The position numbers were made by a program, and so were the translations under genes. A stretch of 64,000 nt of DNA from Gemmatimonadales bacterium (GTDB taxonomy: Bacteria > Gemmatimonadota > Gemmatimonadetes > Gemmatimonadales > GWC2-71-9): contig JAXLXZ010000007.1 of the NCBI GenBank assembly GCA_046327735.1, positions 16,525 through 80,524 of the forward strand, read 5' to 3'. How positions within the stretch are numbered: the first letter of the stretch is position 1; each line of letters starts with the position of its first letter. A model generated the notes under the pieces. That model saw only the letters and a program-made list of their open reading frames with translations, was not told the DNA's origin and searched no databases. Positions 39,702 through 48,988 of the stretch are shown one piece after another.

Positions 39702-40070
39702 ATGGAATTTCCCCGCAAGCAACTCATCCTGGTCGGTGACCGAGTCCTGATCGCACCTGAAGAGGGTGAAGAACGGACCCGGGTCGGGCTCTATCTCCCC
39801 GCCACCGCGATCGACACCCAGCAGGTGCAGAGCGGCCTCGTGATCGCCGTCGGTCCGGGCGACCCCGCGCCCGAGCTGGGCGGGATGGATGACGAGCCCT
39901 GGAAACTGAGCGAGCGCCAGCTGCGCTGGCGCCCGATGCAGGCGAAGGTGGGCGACCACGCCATCTTCTTCCGGAAGGCCGCGGTGGAAATCACCTTCGA
40001 GGAAAAGAAGTACCTGGTCGTGCCACAGGCCGCCATTCTCGCGCTGGTGCGGGAGGATCTGCCGATCTAG
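39702..40070 (+). CDS. GroES/Cpn10-like protein (long form, no adjacent groEL)
   Basis: LILVGDRVLIAPEE...GLYLP...GLVIAVGPG...VGDHAIF follows the Cpn10 beta-barrel pattern with an insertion. Confidence 0.65.
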   Translation: MEFPRKQLILVGDRVLIAPEEGEERTRVGLYLPATAIDTQQVQSGLVIAVGPGDPAPELGGMDDEPWKLSERQLRWRPMQAKVGDHAIFFRKAAVEITFEEKKYLVVPQAAILALVREDLPI

Positions 40071-40081
40071 CCGGGGTCCTT

Positions 40082-40594
40082 GTGCCACTCACCCGTTTTC
40101 CCGATCTCGAAGAGAAGCGCGTCTTTCTCTCCACCGTGCCGGCACTGAACCTCCCGCCGGCTCCGGGGGCCTACAGCGACCGCCTGTCGGTCGCGGTCCT
40201 CTGGATCGACGAGGGGACGCCGGCCGCCAGCGAGCTGAGCCAGGAATTCGCCCTGAGCCTCATCGAGAAGGGCGCGCTCACCATCGTGCTGGGCGGCAGC
40301 GCCGCCGAGGCCGCCGCGGTCATCTTCGACGAAGCCGCCGCCGAGACCACCCACGCCGAGCGGGACGACGAGGCGGTGGTGCTCTGGACCGACGCCGAAG
40401 CGACCATCGAGGACCTGCTCTTCACCGCCGCCGAGGAAGCGATGCCTCCCGACGCCTTCGCCGACCAGCCCTGGGACATCGTGATCTGGGCCCGGAGCGG
40501 GGATGCCGCGGTGCCGAAGCTCCGGACCGCCCTCGGCCGGCTCGCCACGATCATCGACGATCGCTACGAGCTGGGCGGGGAGGACGATGCGTAG
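40082..40594 (+). CDS. Hypothetical acidic protein
   Basis: GTG start, 170 aa, Ala/Glu/Asp-rich, no recognisable family. High GC3 is consistent with coding. Confidence 0.5.
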   Translation: MPLTRFPDLEEKRVFLSTVPALNLPPAPGAYSDRLSVAVLWIDEGTPAASELSQEFALSLIEKGALTIVLGGSAAEAAAVIFDEAAAETTHAERDDEAVVLWTDAEATIEDLLFTAAEEAMPPDAFADQPWDIVIWARSGDAAVPKLRTALGRLATIIDDRYELGGEDDA

Positions 40595-40997
40595 CAGCAG
40601 GCCCGAATCACCCCTCAGCGAAACCGCCCGGGACTACAAGGGCGCCACCCGGGTGCTCACCTGGTTCTCCGTGCTCCTGGGCGCGGGTGTCCTTGCGGCG
40701 GTCAAGGGCTGGATCCCCCGCCCCTTCGGCCCGTTCTTCACCGGCCTCTTCACCGCCTCCGCACTCTCGACCATCTGGATGGGCAGCAAGGCCCACAAGC
40801 GCGCGCTCGAGGACCGGGAGAAGGAAGGCAGCCGGTTCATGATCATCGCGATCGCCGCCCAGCTGGCCAAGCAGGACGATGAGGCGCTGGAGCGAATCAA
40901 GGCCAAGGGTGGGCCGGCGGGCGAGGCGGCGGCTATGATACTGGTGGGACGCAGCGAGAAACGCACCCGCGCCGAAAGCCGCAAGTCCAACACCTGA
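40587..40997 (+). CDS. Hypothetical membrane protein
   Basis: The ATG at 40587 overlaps the upstream stop by 8 nt. Two TM helices, then a charged helical tail. Confidence 0.5.
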   Translation: MRSSRPESPLSETARDYKGATRVLTWFSVLLGAGVLAAVKGWIPRPFGPFFTGLFTASALSTIWMGSKAHKRALEDREKEGSRFMIIAIAAQLAKQDDEALERIKAKGGPAGEAAAMILVGRSEKRTRAESRKSNT

Positions 40998-41006
40998 GCA
41001 GCATCC

Positions 41007-41423
41007 GTGGCCCAGACCCGCACCCGCTTCCTGAACGCCCTCCGTCTCCGTTGCCCCAACTGCGGCAGCGGGCCGGTCTTCGTGTCGTGGGTGAAGATGT
41101 GCCCGAGCTGTCCGGCGTGCGGGATGCGATTCGACCGGGAGCCGGAGGGCGGCTACTGGGTGGGATCCAACGCCATCAACCTCTTCACCACCGAGGCGGT
41201 GTTCGCGCTGGTCTTCCTCGGGGCGCTGCTGCTCACCTGGCCGGACGTGCCCTGGGAGGTGATCACCTGGGGCGACATTCTCCTGATGGTCCTCTTCCCG
41301 GTCTTCTTCTACCCGTTCAGCAAGACCCTCTTCGTCGCCGTCGACCTGACCTTCCGTCCGCGGGAGCCGGGCGACTTCGTCCAGCCGGAAGAACCGGCAC
41401 CACGGCCGAGCGGGCGGCGCTAG
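41007..41423 (+). CDS. DUF983-like zinc-ribbon membrane protein
   Basis: CPNCGSG...CPSCPACG zinc ribbon followed by two TM helices. Confidence 0.7.
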   Translation: MAQTRTRFLNALRLRCPNCGSGPVFVSWVKMCPSCPACGMRFDREPEGGYWVGSNAINLFTTEAVFALVFLGALLLTWPDVPWEVITWGDILLMVLFPVFFYPFSKTLFVAVDLTFRPREPGDFVQPEEPAPRPSGRR

Positions 41424-41427
41424 CTAG

Positions 41428-41688
41428 CTAGCGGGCCAGCTCCCGCTCGAGCCGCGCCTGGAGCCGGAGGGTCCGCCCGGCATCGTCCTCCGCCACCGCC
41501 GAGCGGCGCAGCGCGGTGATCGCCTCGGCAAACCGCCCGCCGAACCGCCCGCAGTTGTCGCAGGCCGCCGCGTGGGCCTCGACCGCCGCGAGTTCCTCCC
41601 CCTGCAGTTCCCCATCGAGGTAGGCGGAGAGCAGCGCCAGCACTTCGCTGCAGGTCACGCCCCCGATCAGACGGTTGAGCTCAGCCAT
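41428..41688 (-). CDS. Short soluble RsrA-like ZAS anti-sigma factor
   Basis: 86 aa with C13 plus H39-x3-C43-x2-C46 and no TM segment. Overlaps the sigma stop by 8 nt. Confidence 0.7.
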   Translation of the reverse strand: MAELNRLIGGVTCSEVLALLSAYLDGELQGEELAAVEAHAAACDNCGRFGGRFAEAITALRRSAVAEDDAGRTLRLQARLERELAR

Positions 41689-42235
41689 CGTCCCTCCTCA
41701 CTTCCGCCACGAACCGGAGCCGCGCGCGGTGCAGCCGTGTCTTCATGGCCGGCAGCGAGAGCCCGAGCAGTTCGGCGGTCTCCTCGCCACTGAAGCCCTC
41801 GAGGTCGCGCAGCACGATGACCTCGCGTTCCCCGGGGGTGAGCCGGTCGAGCGCGCCGCGGACCAGGTCCCGTCCCGCCTCGCCCGAGGCAGGCATAGGC
41901 TCCAGCTCCTGGCCCCACCCGGCGTCGAGTCCCAGCTGATCGATCGATTCCAGGCGCTCCGGCTCATCGGTCCGCCGGCGGCGAAGGCGGCTCGCCGCAT
42001 GGCGCGCGATGGTGAACAGCCACGCCCGGGGCGCGCCCTGGCCACGATAGCCCGCGGCGTTCCGCCACGCGGCCAGGAAGGTTTCCTGCAGGGCGTCCTC
42101 GGCGTCCGCCGCCTGTCCCAGGAGCGCGGCCAGGTAGCGGTAGACGGCGGCCTGGTTCGCGGTGACGAACCGGGTGAAGGCCCCGTGGTCGCCGGCGGCG
42201 CTCCGTTCGAGGAGCGCCGCGTCGGTCTCGCTCAG
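41681..42235 (-). CDS. ECF-type RNA polymerase sigma factor
   Basis: Region 2 (AFTRFVTANQAAVYRYL) and region 4 (VIVLRDLEGFSGEETAELLGLSLPAMKTRLHRAR). The ATG at 42334 would overlap DUF2892 by 103 nt. A CTG at 42233-42235 forms a CTGA junction with the upstream stop. Confidence 0.8.
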   Translation of the reverse strand: MSETDAALLERSAAGDHGAFTRFVTANQAAVYRYLAALLGQAADAEDALQETFLAAWRNAAGYRGQGAPRAWLFTIARHAASRLRRRRTDEPERLESIDQLGLDAGWGQELEPMPASGEAGRDLVRGALDRLTPGEREVIVLRDLEGFSGEETAELLGLSLPAMKTRLHRARLRFVAEVRRDDG

Positions 42236-42438
42236 CGCGCCTTGGCCGGACAGGTGCTGAACCCGAACACGGTGTAGAGCGGGCAGCTGCCGAGGAGTCC
42301 GGTCGCGAGGGGCACCACGCCGAGGAAGCCCCACGGGGTCTTCGGGCCCACCAGGGCGATGGTGATGAGGCCGAGGCCCAGGATCACGCGACCGGCGCGT
42401 TCGATCGGATGCTCATTGGTTGGCAGGAGCTTGGACAC
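42232..42438 (-). CDS. DUF2892 (YgaP-like) small membrane protein
   Basis: GTG start at 42438 preceded by GGAGAA. Reads ERAGRVILGLGLI...PLATGLLGSCPLYTVFGFSTC. Confidence 0.7.
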   Translation of the reverse strand: MSKLLPTNEHPIERAGRVILGLGLITIALVGPKTPWGFLGVVPLATGLLGSCPLYTVFGFSTCPAKAR

Positions 42439-42602
42439 GGAGTTCTCCAGGTCGGGGGGAACGGAAGGCTTCACTCCGAATGAGCCGGATTGGGGGCAGA
42501 AGGATTCACCCCCCTGGGGAGGTATTGCCACCCCACCGTCCATGAAAGCACCTTCACTGCAGGTTCAGTCGGGTATCAACCGCACGCCCCGAAGATTCGA
42601 GC

Positions 42603-42959
42603 ATGCATCCTCTCGCGCGCCTCACCGCGCTGTGCCTGGCCGTTCTCCTGGTGCTCCAGGGGAGCTGGACCATGCCCGGGTGCGAAGAGCGTGCGGGCCA
42701 GCAGACGGCAGCCATGCACCATGATGGGATGCCCGGCATGCCGATGGACCATTCAGAGCATCCGGCCCCCTCGCGGCACCACGCGACCTGCGAGCTGGCG
42801 CTCTGCGCCATGATGACGTCGTGCGGACCCGTCGCGCTGGTCACGCACGCGCCCCGGCTCGTGCCGTCACTCGAGGCGGCACAGCTCAAGAGCACCTGGA
42901 TCGCCACCAGCAATCCCGTCGGTCCCACCGCACCGGAACCACCCCCTCCTCGCGCCTGA
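42603..42959 (+). CDS. Secreted Cys/His/Met-rich protein of unknown family (putative metal-binding)
   Basis: Signal peptide, then MHHDGMPGMPMDHSEHPAPSRHHATCELALCAMMTSC. Lies directly upstream of the heavy-metal RND operon. Confidence 0.55.
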   Translation: MHPLARLTALCLAVLLVLQGSWTMPGCEERAGQQTAAMHHDGMPGMPMDHSEHPAPSRHHATCELALCAMMTSCGPVALVTHAPRLVPSLEAAQLKSTWIATSNPVGPTAPEPPPPRA

Positions 42960-43061
42960 GTCTCGCTTGACCATTCGCCGGACCTGAGCCGCTGGCCAGG
43001 TCCCGTCGTTGCTCGTCCGGCCCCGCCGGCGGGCAGTCACCGAGGCACAGGAACAGCAGTC

Positions 43062-44351
43062 ATGCGCATTCCATCGATGGTCCTGGCGGGAGCCCTGCTC
43101 GCCACTACCGCGCTCATGGCGCAGGGACCCGCACCACTCACGCTCGCGCAGGTCTATGACGGCGTGGCGGGGACGAGCCCGCGGCTCGCCGCCGCCCGCG
43201 CCCAGGTCGCCGCTGCCGATGCGCGGGTGCGGCCCGCGGGGAAGTGGCCCGATCCCGAGATCCAGCTCGGCCTGATGAACCGGAACCTTCCCGGCCTTGG
43301 CCTCCAGGACCCACTCGGCATGAACCAGATCCAGGTCATGCAGATGATCCCGACGGCGGGCAAGACCGGCCTGGCGGTGAAGGCCGCCCGGGCCGAGGCG
43401 AAGGCGGAAGCCGCACGCGCCGATGAGACCGGGTGGGAAGTGCGCTCACGGGCGGCGATGGTCTTCTACGACCTCTACCAGGCCGACGGCACGCTGGCCG
43501 AAATGCAGCGGGGCCGGCGGCTGCTCGAAGACATCAATCGCACCGCCTCGGCGATGTACGCCGAGGGCCAGGGGCCGCAGGTGGCGGCGCTCCGGGCCCA
43601 GATGGAGCTCGCCCGGATGGACGAAGACATCCTCCGCATGAGCGCGATGCGCGAGGGGATGGCGGCGCGGCTCAATGCCCTGCTGGCGCGGCCCTCGGAG
43701 GCGGCGCTGGGGTCGCCGGTGCTCCCTCGGATTCCCGACTCGCTCCCCTCGCGCGATTCACTCGAGGCGCTCGCGCTCGGGCGGCGGCCGATGCTGGCGG
43801 CGGGCGCGGCGAGGATCGAGGCGGCGAATGCCATGGCACGACGGGCGAGGCGGGAGATCTGGCCCGACGTGACCGTGGGCGTGATCTACGGCCAGCGGCC
43901 GATGGACGGTGGCACCGACCGGATGGCCAGCTTCATGCTCGGGTTCACCCTGCCGATTTCGGCCGGCGGCAAGCAGCGGCAGATGGCGCTCGAGGCCCGC
44001 GCCATGGAGGCGATGTCGGCGGCGGACCTGAGCGACATGCAGGCCGAGACCCGCGGGCGGATCGGCGAGGTGTACGCCGACCTGCAGCGGGCGCGCCGCC
44101 TCGCCGGTCTCTATCGCCGCACCCTCCTTCCCCAGGCCGACGCGGTCAGCGTGTCGGCGCTCACCGGCTACCGGAGCGGCTCGGTCGACTTCATGGCGCT
44201 GCTCGATGCCCAGATGGCGCTGCTCCGGGTCCGGCAGGACATCGTCCGGCTCGACGCCGAGGCCGGCAAGGCGGTCGCGGAACTGGAGATGCTCACCGCG
44301 TCGCCGCTGCTCGATCCCGCATCCACGAACAACGCAGGAGTGGCACGATGA
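43062..44351 (+). CDS. Outer membrane efflux protein (CusC/CzcC-like)
   Basis: Signal peptide and two OEP repeats. First gene of the OMF-MFP-RND operon. Confidence 0.9.
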   Translation: MRIPSMVLAGALLATTALMAQGPAPLTLAQVYDGVAGTSPRLAAARAQVAAADARVRPAGKWPDPEIQLGLMNRNLPGLGLQDPLGMNQIQVMQMIPTAGKTGLAVKAARAEAKAEAARADETGWEVRSRAAMVFYDLYQADGTLAEMQRGRRLLEDINRTASAMYAEGQGPQVAALRAQMELARMDEDILRMSAMREGMAARLNALLARPSEAALGSPVLPRIPDSLPSRDSLEALALGRRPMLAAGAARIEAANAMARRARREIWPDVTVGVIYGQRPMDGGTDRMASFMLGFTLPISAGGKQRQMALEARAMEAMSAADLSDMQAETRGRIGEVYADLQRARRLAGLYRRTLLPQADAVSVSALTGYRSGSVDFMALLDAQMALLRVRQDIVRLDAEAGKAVAELEMLTASPLLDPASTNNAGVAR

Positions 44352-45712
44352 ACACCAACCAGAACCGGGCGGTGGCCATCGCCCTGCGCGCGGGACTCGT
44401 GGTGCTGGCGGCGGGAGCGGCATGGTGGTTCACCCGCACCCCTGCCCCGGCGGCGGCTCCCTCGGGCCACAACCATGCCGCGATGGCCACGGCGGAGAAT
44501 GGCGGCGGGCCGGTGGCACTCGACGACGAGGAGCAGCGGCGGATCGGGGTCACGTTCGCCCCGGTGGAGTCGGGCGACCTCGGGCACAAGGTCCGGGTGG
44601 TAGCACAGGTCACCTGGGACGAGACCCGGGTGACGGCCATCTCGCCGCGGATCGAGGGGTGGGTCGACCGGCTGCTGGTGGACTTCACCGGCCGCACGGT
44701 GCGGGCGGGGGAGCCGCTGATGGCGGTGTACTCGCCGATGGTGGTCGCGACGGTGCAGGAGATCGGGATCGCGCGCCGGCTCGCGGGGGAAGTATCGGAG
44801 GGCAGCAGCGATGCCCGGACCCAGGCGGAAGGGCTGGTCCACTCCGGGCACCAGCGGCTCGCGGCCTGGGGCATCTCGGCGGCGGACATCGACCGGCTGG
44901 AGCAGGGTGGCGACGTGCGCACGGTGCTGCTGCGCTCGCCGGTGAACGGCGTGGTGGTCGAGAAGAACGTGGTGGCGGGCCAGCGGATCATGCCGGGCGA
45001 TGCGCTCTACCGCATCGCCGACCTCAGCACGGTCTGGCTCGAGGGCGAAGTCTTCGAGCAGGATCTCGCGTCGGCGAAGGTCGGGCTCCAGGTGACGGCG
45101 GAGTTCCAGGCGCTCCCGGGCGTCGAGCGCACCGGCCGGATCACCTACGTCTACCCGATGCTCAACCCGGAGACGCGGACCGGGAAGATCCGGGTCTCGC
45201 TTGCCAATCCGGGACTGCAACTCAAGCCGGGAATGTTCGCGACGATCCGCTTTACGACTCCGGCGCAGGCGGTGCTCTCGGTCCCCCGCTCGGCAGTGCT
45301 CTCGACCGGTGCCCGGAACCTCGTCTTCCTCAAGCGGGCCGACGGACGGTTCACGCCGACCGATGTGGTGCTGGGGCGGCAGAGCGAAGAGCGGATCGAG
45401 ATCCTGCGGGGGCTTTCGGCGGGCGACACGGTGGTGGCGTCGGCGACGTTCCTGCTCGATGCGGAGTCGAACCTGGGCACGCTGATGGGCGGGATGGGTG
45501 ACATGCCGGGGATGGACATGACGGCACCGGGCGGCGCCGGGCAAGGGAGTGCGCCGGCGACGAATCCCGCGCCGGCGGCGAAGGCGCCGGGCAAGGCCAC
45601 GACGAAGGCCAAGCCAGACACCGGCATGGGAGACATGCCCGGCATGGACATGCCGGGAATGGACATGTCGAAGCCGGACAGCAGCCAACATCAGCATCAG
45701 CACCAGGAGTAG
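44348..45712 (+). CDS. Heavy-metal efflux periplasmic adaptor (CusB/CzcB-like) with Met-rich C-terminal tail
   Basis: ATGA overlap with the OMF stop. HlyD-like core (LRSPVNGVVVEKNVVAGQRI). Tail GGMGDMPGMDM...GMGDMPGMDMPGMDM...QHQHQHQE. Confidence 0.9.
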   Translation: MNTNQNRAVAIALRAGLVVLAAGAAWWFTRTPAPAAAPSGHNHAAMATAENGGGPVALDDEEQRRIGVTFAPVESGDLGHKVRVVAQVTWDETRVTAISPRIEGWVDRLLVDFTGRTVRAGEPLMAVYSPMVVATVQEIGIARRLAGEVSEGSSDARTQAEGLVHSGHQRLAAWGISAADIDRLEQGGDVRTVLLRSPVNGVVVEKNVVAGQRIMPGDALYRIADLSTVWLEGEVFEQDLASAKVGLQVTAEFQALPGVERTGRITYVYPMLNPETRTGKIRVSLANPGLQLKPGMFATIRFTTPAQAVLSVPRSAVLSTGARNLVFLKRADGRFTPTDVVLGRQSEERIEILRGLSAGDTVVASATFLLDAESNLGTLMGGMGDMPGMDMTAPGGAGQGSAPATNPAPAAKAPGKATTKAKPDTGMGDMPGMDMPGMDMSKPDSSQHQHQHQE

Positions 45713-45715
45713 ACC

Positions 45716-48700
45716 ATGCTCGCGAAACTGATCGACTGGTCGATCCGGAACCGGGTGGTGGTGCTGCTCCTCACCATCGCGGCGGTGGCGGGCGGGTTCT
45801 GGGCGGTGCGGCACACGCCGCTCGAGGCGCTCCCCGACCTCTCGGATGTGCAGGTGATCGTGCAGGCGGATTTCGGGGAGCAGGCGCCGCGCATCGTCGA
45901 GGACCAGGTCACCTACCCGATCACGGCGGAGATGCTCAAGGTGCCCGGAGCCCGCACGGTACGGGGGTATTCGTTCTTCGGGGTCTCGTTCGTCTACGTG
46001 ATCTTCGACGACGGCACCGACCTCTACTGGGCACGGAGCCGGGTGCTCGAGTACCTCAACGGCATCAAGGGCAAGCTCCCCGCCACGGTGACGCCGACGC
46101 TCGGCCCCGATGCGACCGGGCTCGGCTGGGTGTACCAGTACGCGCTGGAGGACACGACGGGCCGGCTCAACCTCGCCGACCTCCGGAGTCTCCAGGACTG
46201 GTATCTCCGGTACGCGCTCACGGCGGTGCCCGGCGTCTCGGAAGTGGCGTCGGTGGGCGGGTTCGAGAAGCAGTACCAGGTGGACCTCGACCCGGCACGG
46301 CTCCAGGCGTACGGCATCCCCATCACCCGCGTCATGTCGGCGATCCAGAACGCCAACTCGGATGTGGGGGCGATGGTGGTGGAGCTGGCGGAGCGGGAGC
46401 ACATGGTCCGGGGCCTCGGGTACCTCAAGAACATCGGCGACATCGAGAACGTGGTGGTGGGCGCCACGGCGAGCGGGACGCCGATCCGGCTGGCGGAACT
46501 GGGCCGGGTCACGGTGGGGCCCGCGGTCCGGCGCGGCATCGCCGACCTTGATGGCCGGGGTGACGCCGTCGGTGGGATCGTGGTGATGCGCTTCGGGGAG
46601 AACGCGCTGACGACGATCGCCGGCATCAAGGAGAAGATGCGGACGATCGCGGCGGGGCTCCCGCCCGGGGTGGTCATCCGGCCGGTGTACGACCGGAGCG
46701 ACCTGATCCATCGTGCCATCGAGACACTCCGGGGCAAGCTCCTCGAGGAGAGCCTGATCGTGGCGCTGGTCTGCCTCGCCTTCCTGGTGCATGCCCGGTC
46801 GGCGCTCGTTGCCATCCTCACGCTACCGGTGGGGATCCTGCTCGCCTTCCTCGCCATGCGGACGCTGGGCGTCAACGCCGACATCATGTCACTGGGCGGG
46901 ATCGCCATCGCGATCGGGGCAATGATCGACGCCGCGATCGTCATGATCGAGAACATGCACAAGCACCTCGAGCGGGCGGCGATCGCGCGGGGCGCCGACC
47001 CGGCGGCCACGTCGTTCGAGACCAGCGGGCTCACCGCCGAGGAGCGGTGGCAGGTGGTGAGCCGCGCGGCGCGGGAGGTGGGACCGGCGCTCTTCTTCTC
47101 GCTCCTGATCATCACCGTCTCGTTCCTGCCGGTGTTCACGCTGGAGGGCCAGGAGGGGCGGCTCTTCAAGCCACTCGCGTTCACCAAGACCTTCGCCATG
47201 GCGGCGGCGAGCCTCCTCTCGGTGACGCTGGTGCCGGTGGCGATGGGGCTGTTCATCCGCGGGCGGATCCACCGGGAGCATGCCAACCCGATCAACCGAG
47301 TGCTCATCCGGCTCTACCGTCCGGTGATCGGCGTGGTGCTCCGGCAGCGCTGGACGGTGGTGGCGCTATCGGCGGCGGCGGTGATCCTCACCTGGATTCC
47401 GTGGCGCCGGATCGGGAGCGAGTTCATGCCGCCGCTCGACGAGGGGACGGTGCTCTTCATGCCGACCACGCTGCCCGGGGCGAGCGTGGCGCGGGCGCGG
47501 GAGATCCTCCGGATCCAGGACGAGGCGCTGCGGCGGATTCCCGAGGTGGCGACGGTGTGGGGCAAGGCGGGACGGGCGGAAACCGCCACCGATCCCGCCG
47601 GCCTCGACATGTTCGAGACCACCATCGCGCTCAAGCCGGAGTCGGAGTGGCGGCCGGGGATGACCAGCGAGGGGATCATCGCGGCGATGGACTCGGTGGT
47701 GCGGCTGCCCGGCGTCACCAACGCGTGGACGATGCCGATCAAGGGCCGCATCGACATGCTCGCGACCGGCATCCGCACGCCGGTGGGCGTCAAGATCTTC
47801 GGGCCGGACCTGGCGGTGCTGGAGCGGCTCGGCCGGGAGGTGGAGAAGGCGGTGAAGATGGTGCCGGGAACACGCAGCGCCTTCGCCGAACGGGCGGAGT
47901 CGGGGTACTACCTCGACATCGACATCGACCGGGAAGCGGCGGCACGGCACGGTCTCAACGTGGGCGACGTCCAGACCGTGATCGCCACGGCGATCGGTGG
48001 CATGACCGTCACCCAGACCGTGGAAGGGCGGGAGCGCTACGGTGTGCGAATCCGCTACCCCCACGAGTTGCGCGACAACCCGGAGAAGCTGCTGGACGTG
48101 CTGATCCCGGCGGCGCACGGTGGCGTGGGTGGAGAGGCGTCGCGGGGTGGTGCATCAGCCGGGATGTCGGTCATGGCGGCCGCGAGCAGCCGCGCGCAAC
48201 CGGCCTACGTGCCGCTGGGCCAGGTCGCCCGGATCAGCCAGACCGCCGGCCCGATGGTGGTCCGCACCGAGGGGGCCATGCCGACGGCGTGGGTCTATGT
48301 CGACGTGACCGGCCGCGACGTCGGCAGCTACGTCGCCGAGGCGCAGCGCATGGTGCAGGGGATGGTGGAACTGCCGCAGGGCTACACGATGGTGTGGAGT
48401 GGCCAGTACGAATACATGCAGCGCGCCGCGGCCCGGCTCCGGCTGGTGGTGCCGGCGACCCTCGGGATCATCTTCCTGCTGCTGTACCTCAACTTCCGGA
48501 ACGTGGGCGCGAGCCTGATCGTGATGCTCTCGCTGCCATTCGCGCTGGTGGGCGGGATCTGGTTCCTCTACCTGCTCGGCTACCACTGGTCGGTCGCGGT
48601 GGCGGTCGGGTTCATCGCGCTGGCCGGCGTGGCCGCGGAGACCGGCGTGGTGATGCTGCTCTACCTGGAGCAGGCCTGGGGCGAGCGCCCGGGCCGGACC

Positions 48701-48988
48701 GCCGCCGATCTCCGCGCCGCGGTCATCGAGGGCGCGGTCGAGCGGGTGCGCCCGAAGATGATGACAGTCACGGCGATCATGGCGGGGCTCCTGCCGATTC
48801 TCTGGGGCAATGGCGCGGGGGCGAGCGTGATGAAGCGGATCGCGGCGCCGATGGTGGGCGGGATGATCAGCAGCACGCTGCTGACGCTGGTGGTGATTCC
48901 GGCGGTGTATTCGCTGTGGAAGGAGAACGAGACAGGATTCCAGGATTCAACAACAGATCTGGGGATTACTGCTGGATCAGGGGCTTGA
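45716..48988 (+). CDS. CusA/CzcA-family heavy-metal efflux RND permease
   Basis: 1090 aa. MLAKLIDWSIRNRVVVL N-terminus and HME-type motifs (GGIAIAIGAMIDAAIVMIEN). Confidence 0.95.
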   Translation: MLAKLIDWSIRNRVVVLLLTIAAVAGGFWAVRHTPLEALPDLSDVQVIVQADFGEQAPRIVEDQVTYPITAEMLKVPGARTVRGYSFFGVSFVYVIFDDGTDLYWARSRVLEYLNGIKGKLPATVTPTLGPDATGLGWVYQYALEDTTGRLNLADLRSLQDWYLRYALTAVPGVSEVASVGGFEKQYQVDLDPARLQAYGIPITRVMSAIQNANSDVGAMVVELAEREHMVRGLGYLKNIGDIENVVVGATASGTPIRLAELGRVTVGPAVRRGIADLDGRGDAVGGIVVMRFGENALTTIAGIKEKMRTIAAGLPPGVVIRPVYDRSDLIHRAIETLRGKLLEESLIVALVCLAFLVHARSALVAILTLPVGILLAFLAMRTLGVNADIMSLGGIAIAIGAMIDAAIVMIENMHKHLERAAIARGADPAATSFETSGLTAEERWQVVSRAAREVGPALFFSLLIITVSFLPVFTLEGQEGRLFKPLAFTKTFAMAAASLLSVTLVPVAMGLFIRGRIHREHANPINRVLIRLYRPVIGVVLRQRWTVVALSAAAVILTWIPWRRIGSEFMPPLDEGTVLFMPTTLPGASVARAREILRIQDEALRRIPEVATVWGKAGRAETATDPAGLDMFETTIALKPESEWRPGMTSEGIIAAMDSVVRLPGVTNAWTMPIKGRIDMLATGIRTPVGVKIFGPDLAVLERLGREVEKAVKMVPGTRSAFAERAESGYYLDIDIDREAAARHGLNVGDVQTVIATAIGGMTVTQTVEGRERYGVRIRYPHELRDNPEKLLDVLIPAAHGGVGGEASRGGASAGMSVMAAASSRAQPAYVPLGQVARISQTAGPMVVRTEGAMPTAWVYVDVTGRDVGSYVAEAQRMVQGMVELPQGYTMVWSGQYEYMQRAAARLRLVVPATLGIIFLLLYLNFRNVGASLIVMLSLPFALVGGIWFLYLLGYHWSVAVAVGFIALAGVAAETGVVMLLYLEQAWGERPGRTAADLRAAVIEGAVERVRPKMMTVTAIMAGLLPILWGNGAGASVMKRIAAPMVGGMISSTLLTLVVIPAVYSLWKENETGFQDSTTDLGITAGSGA

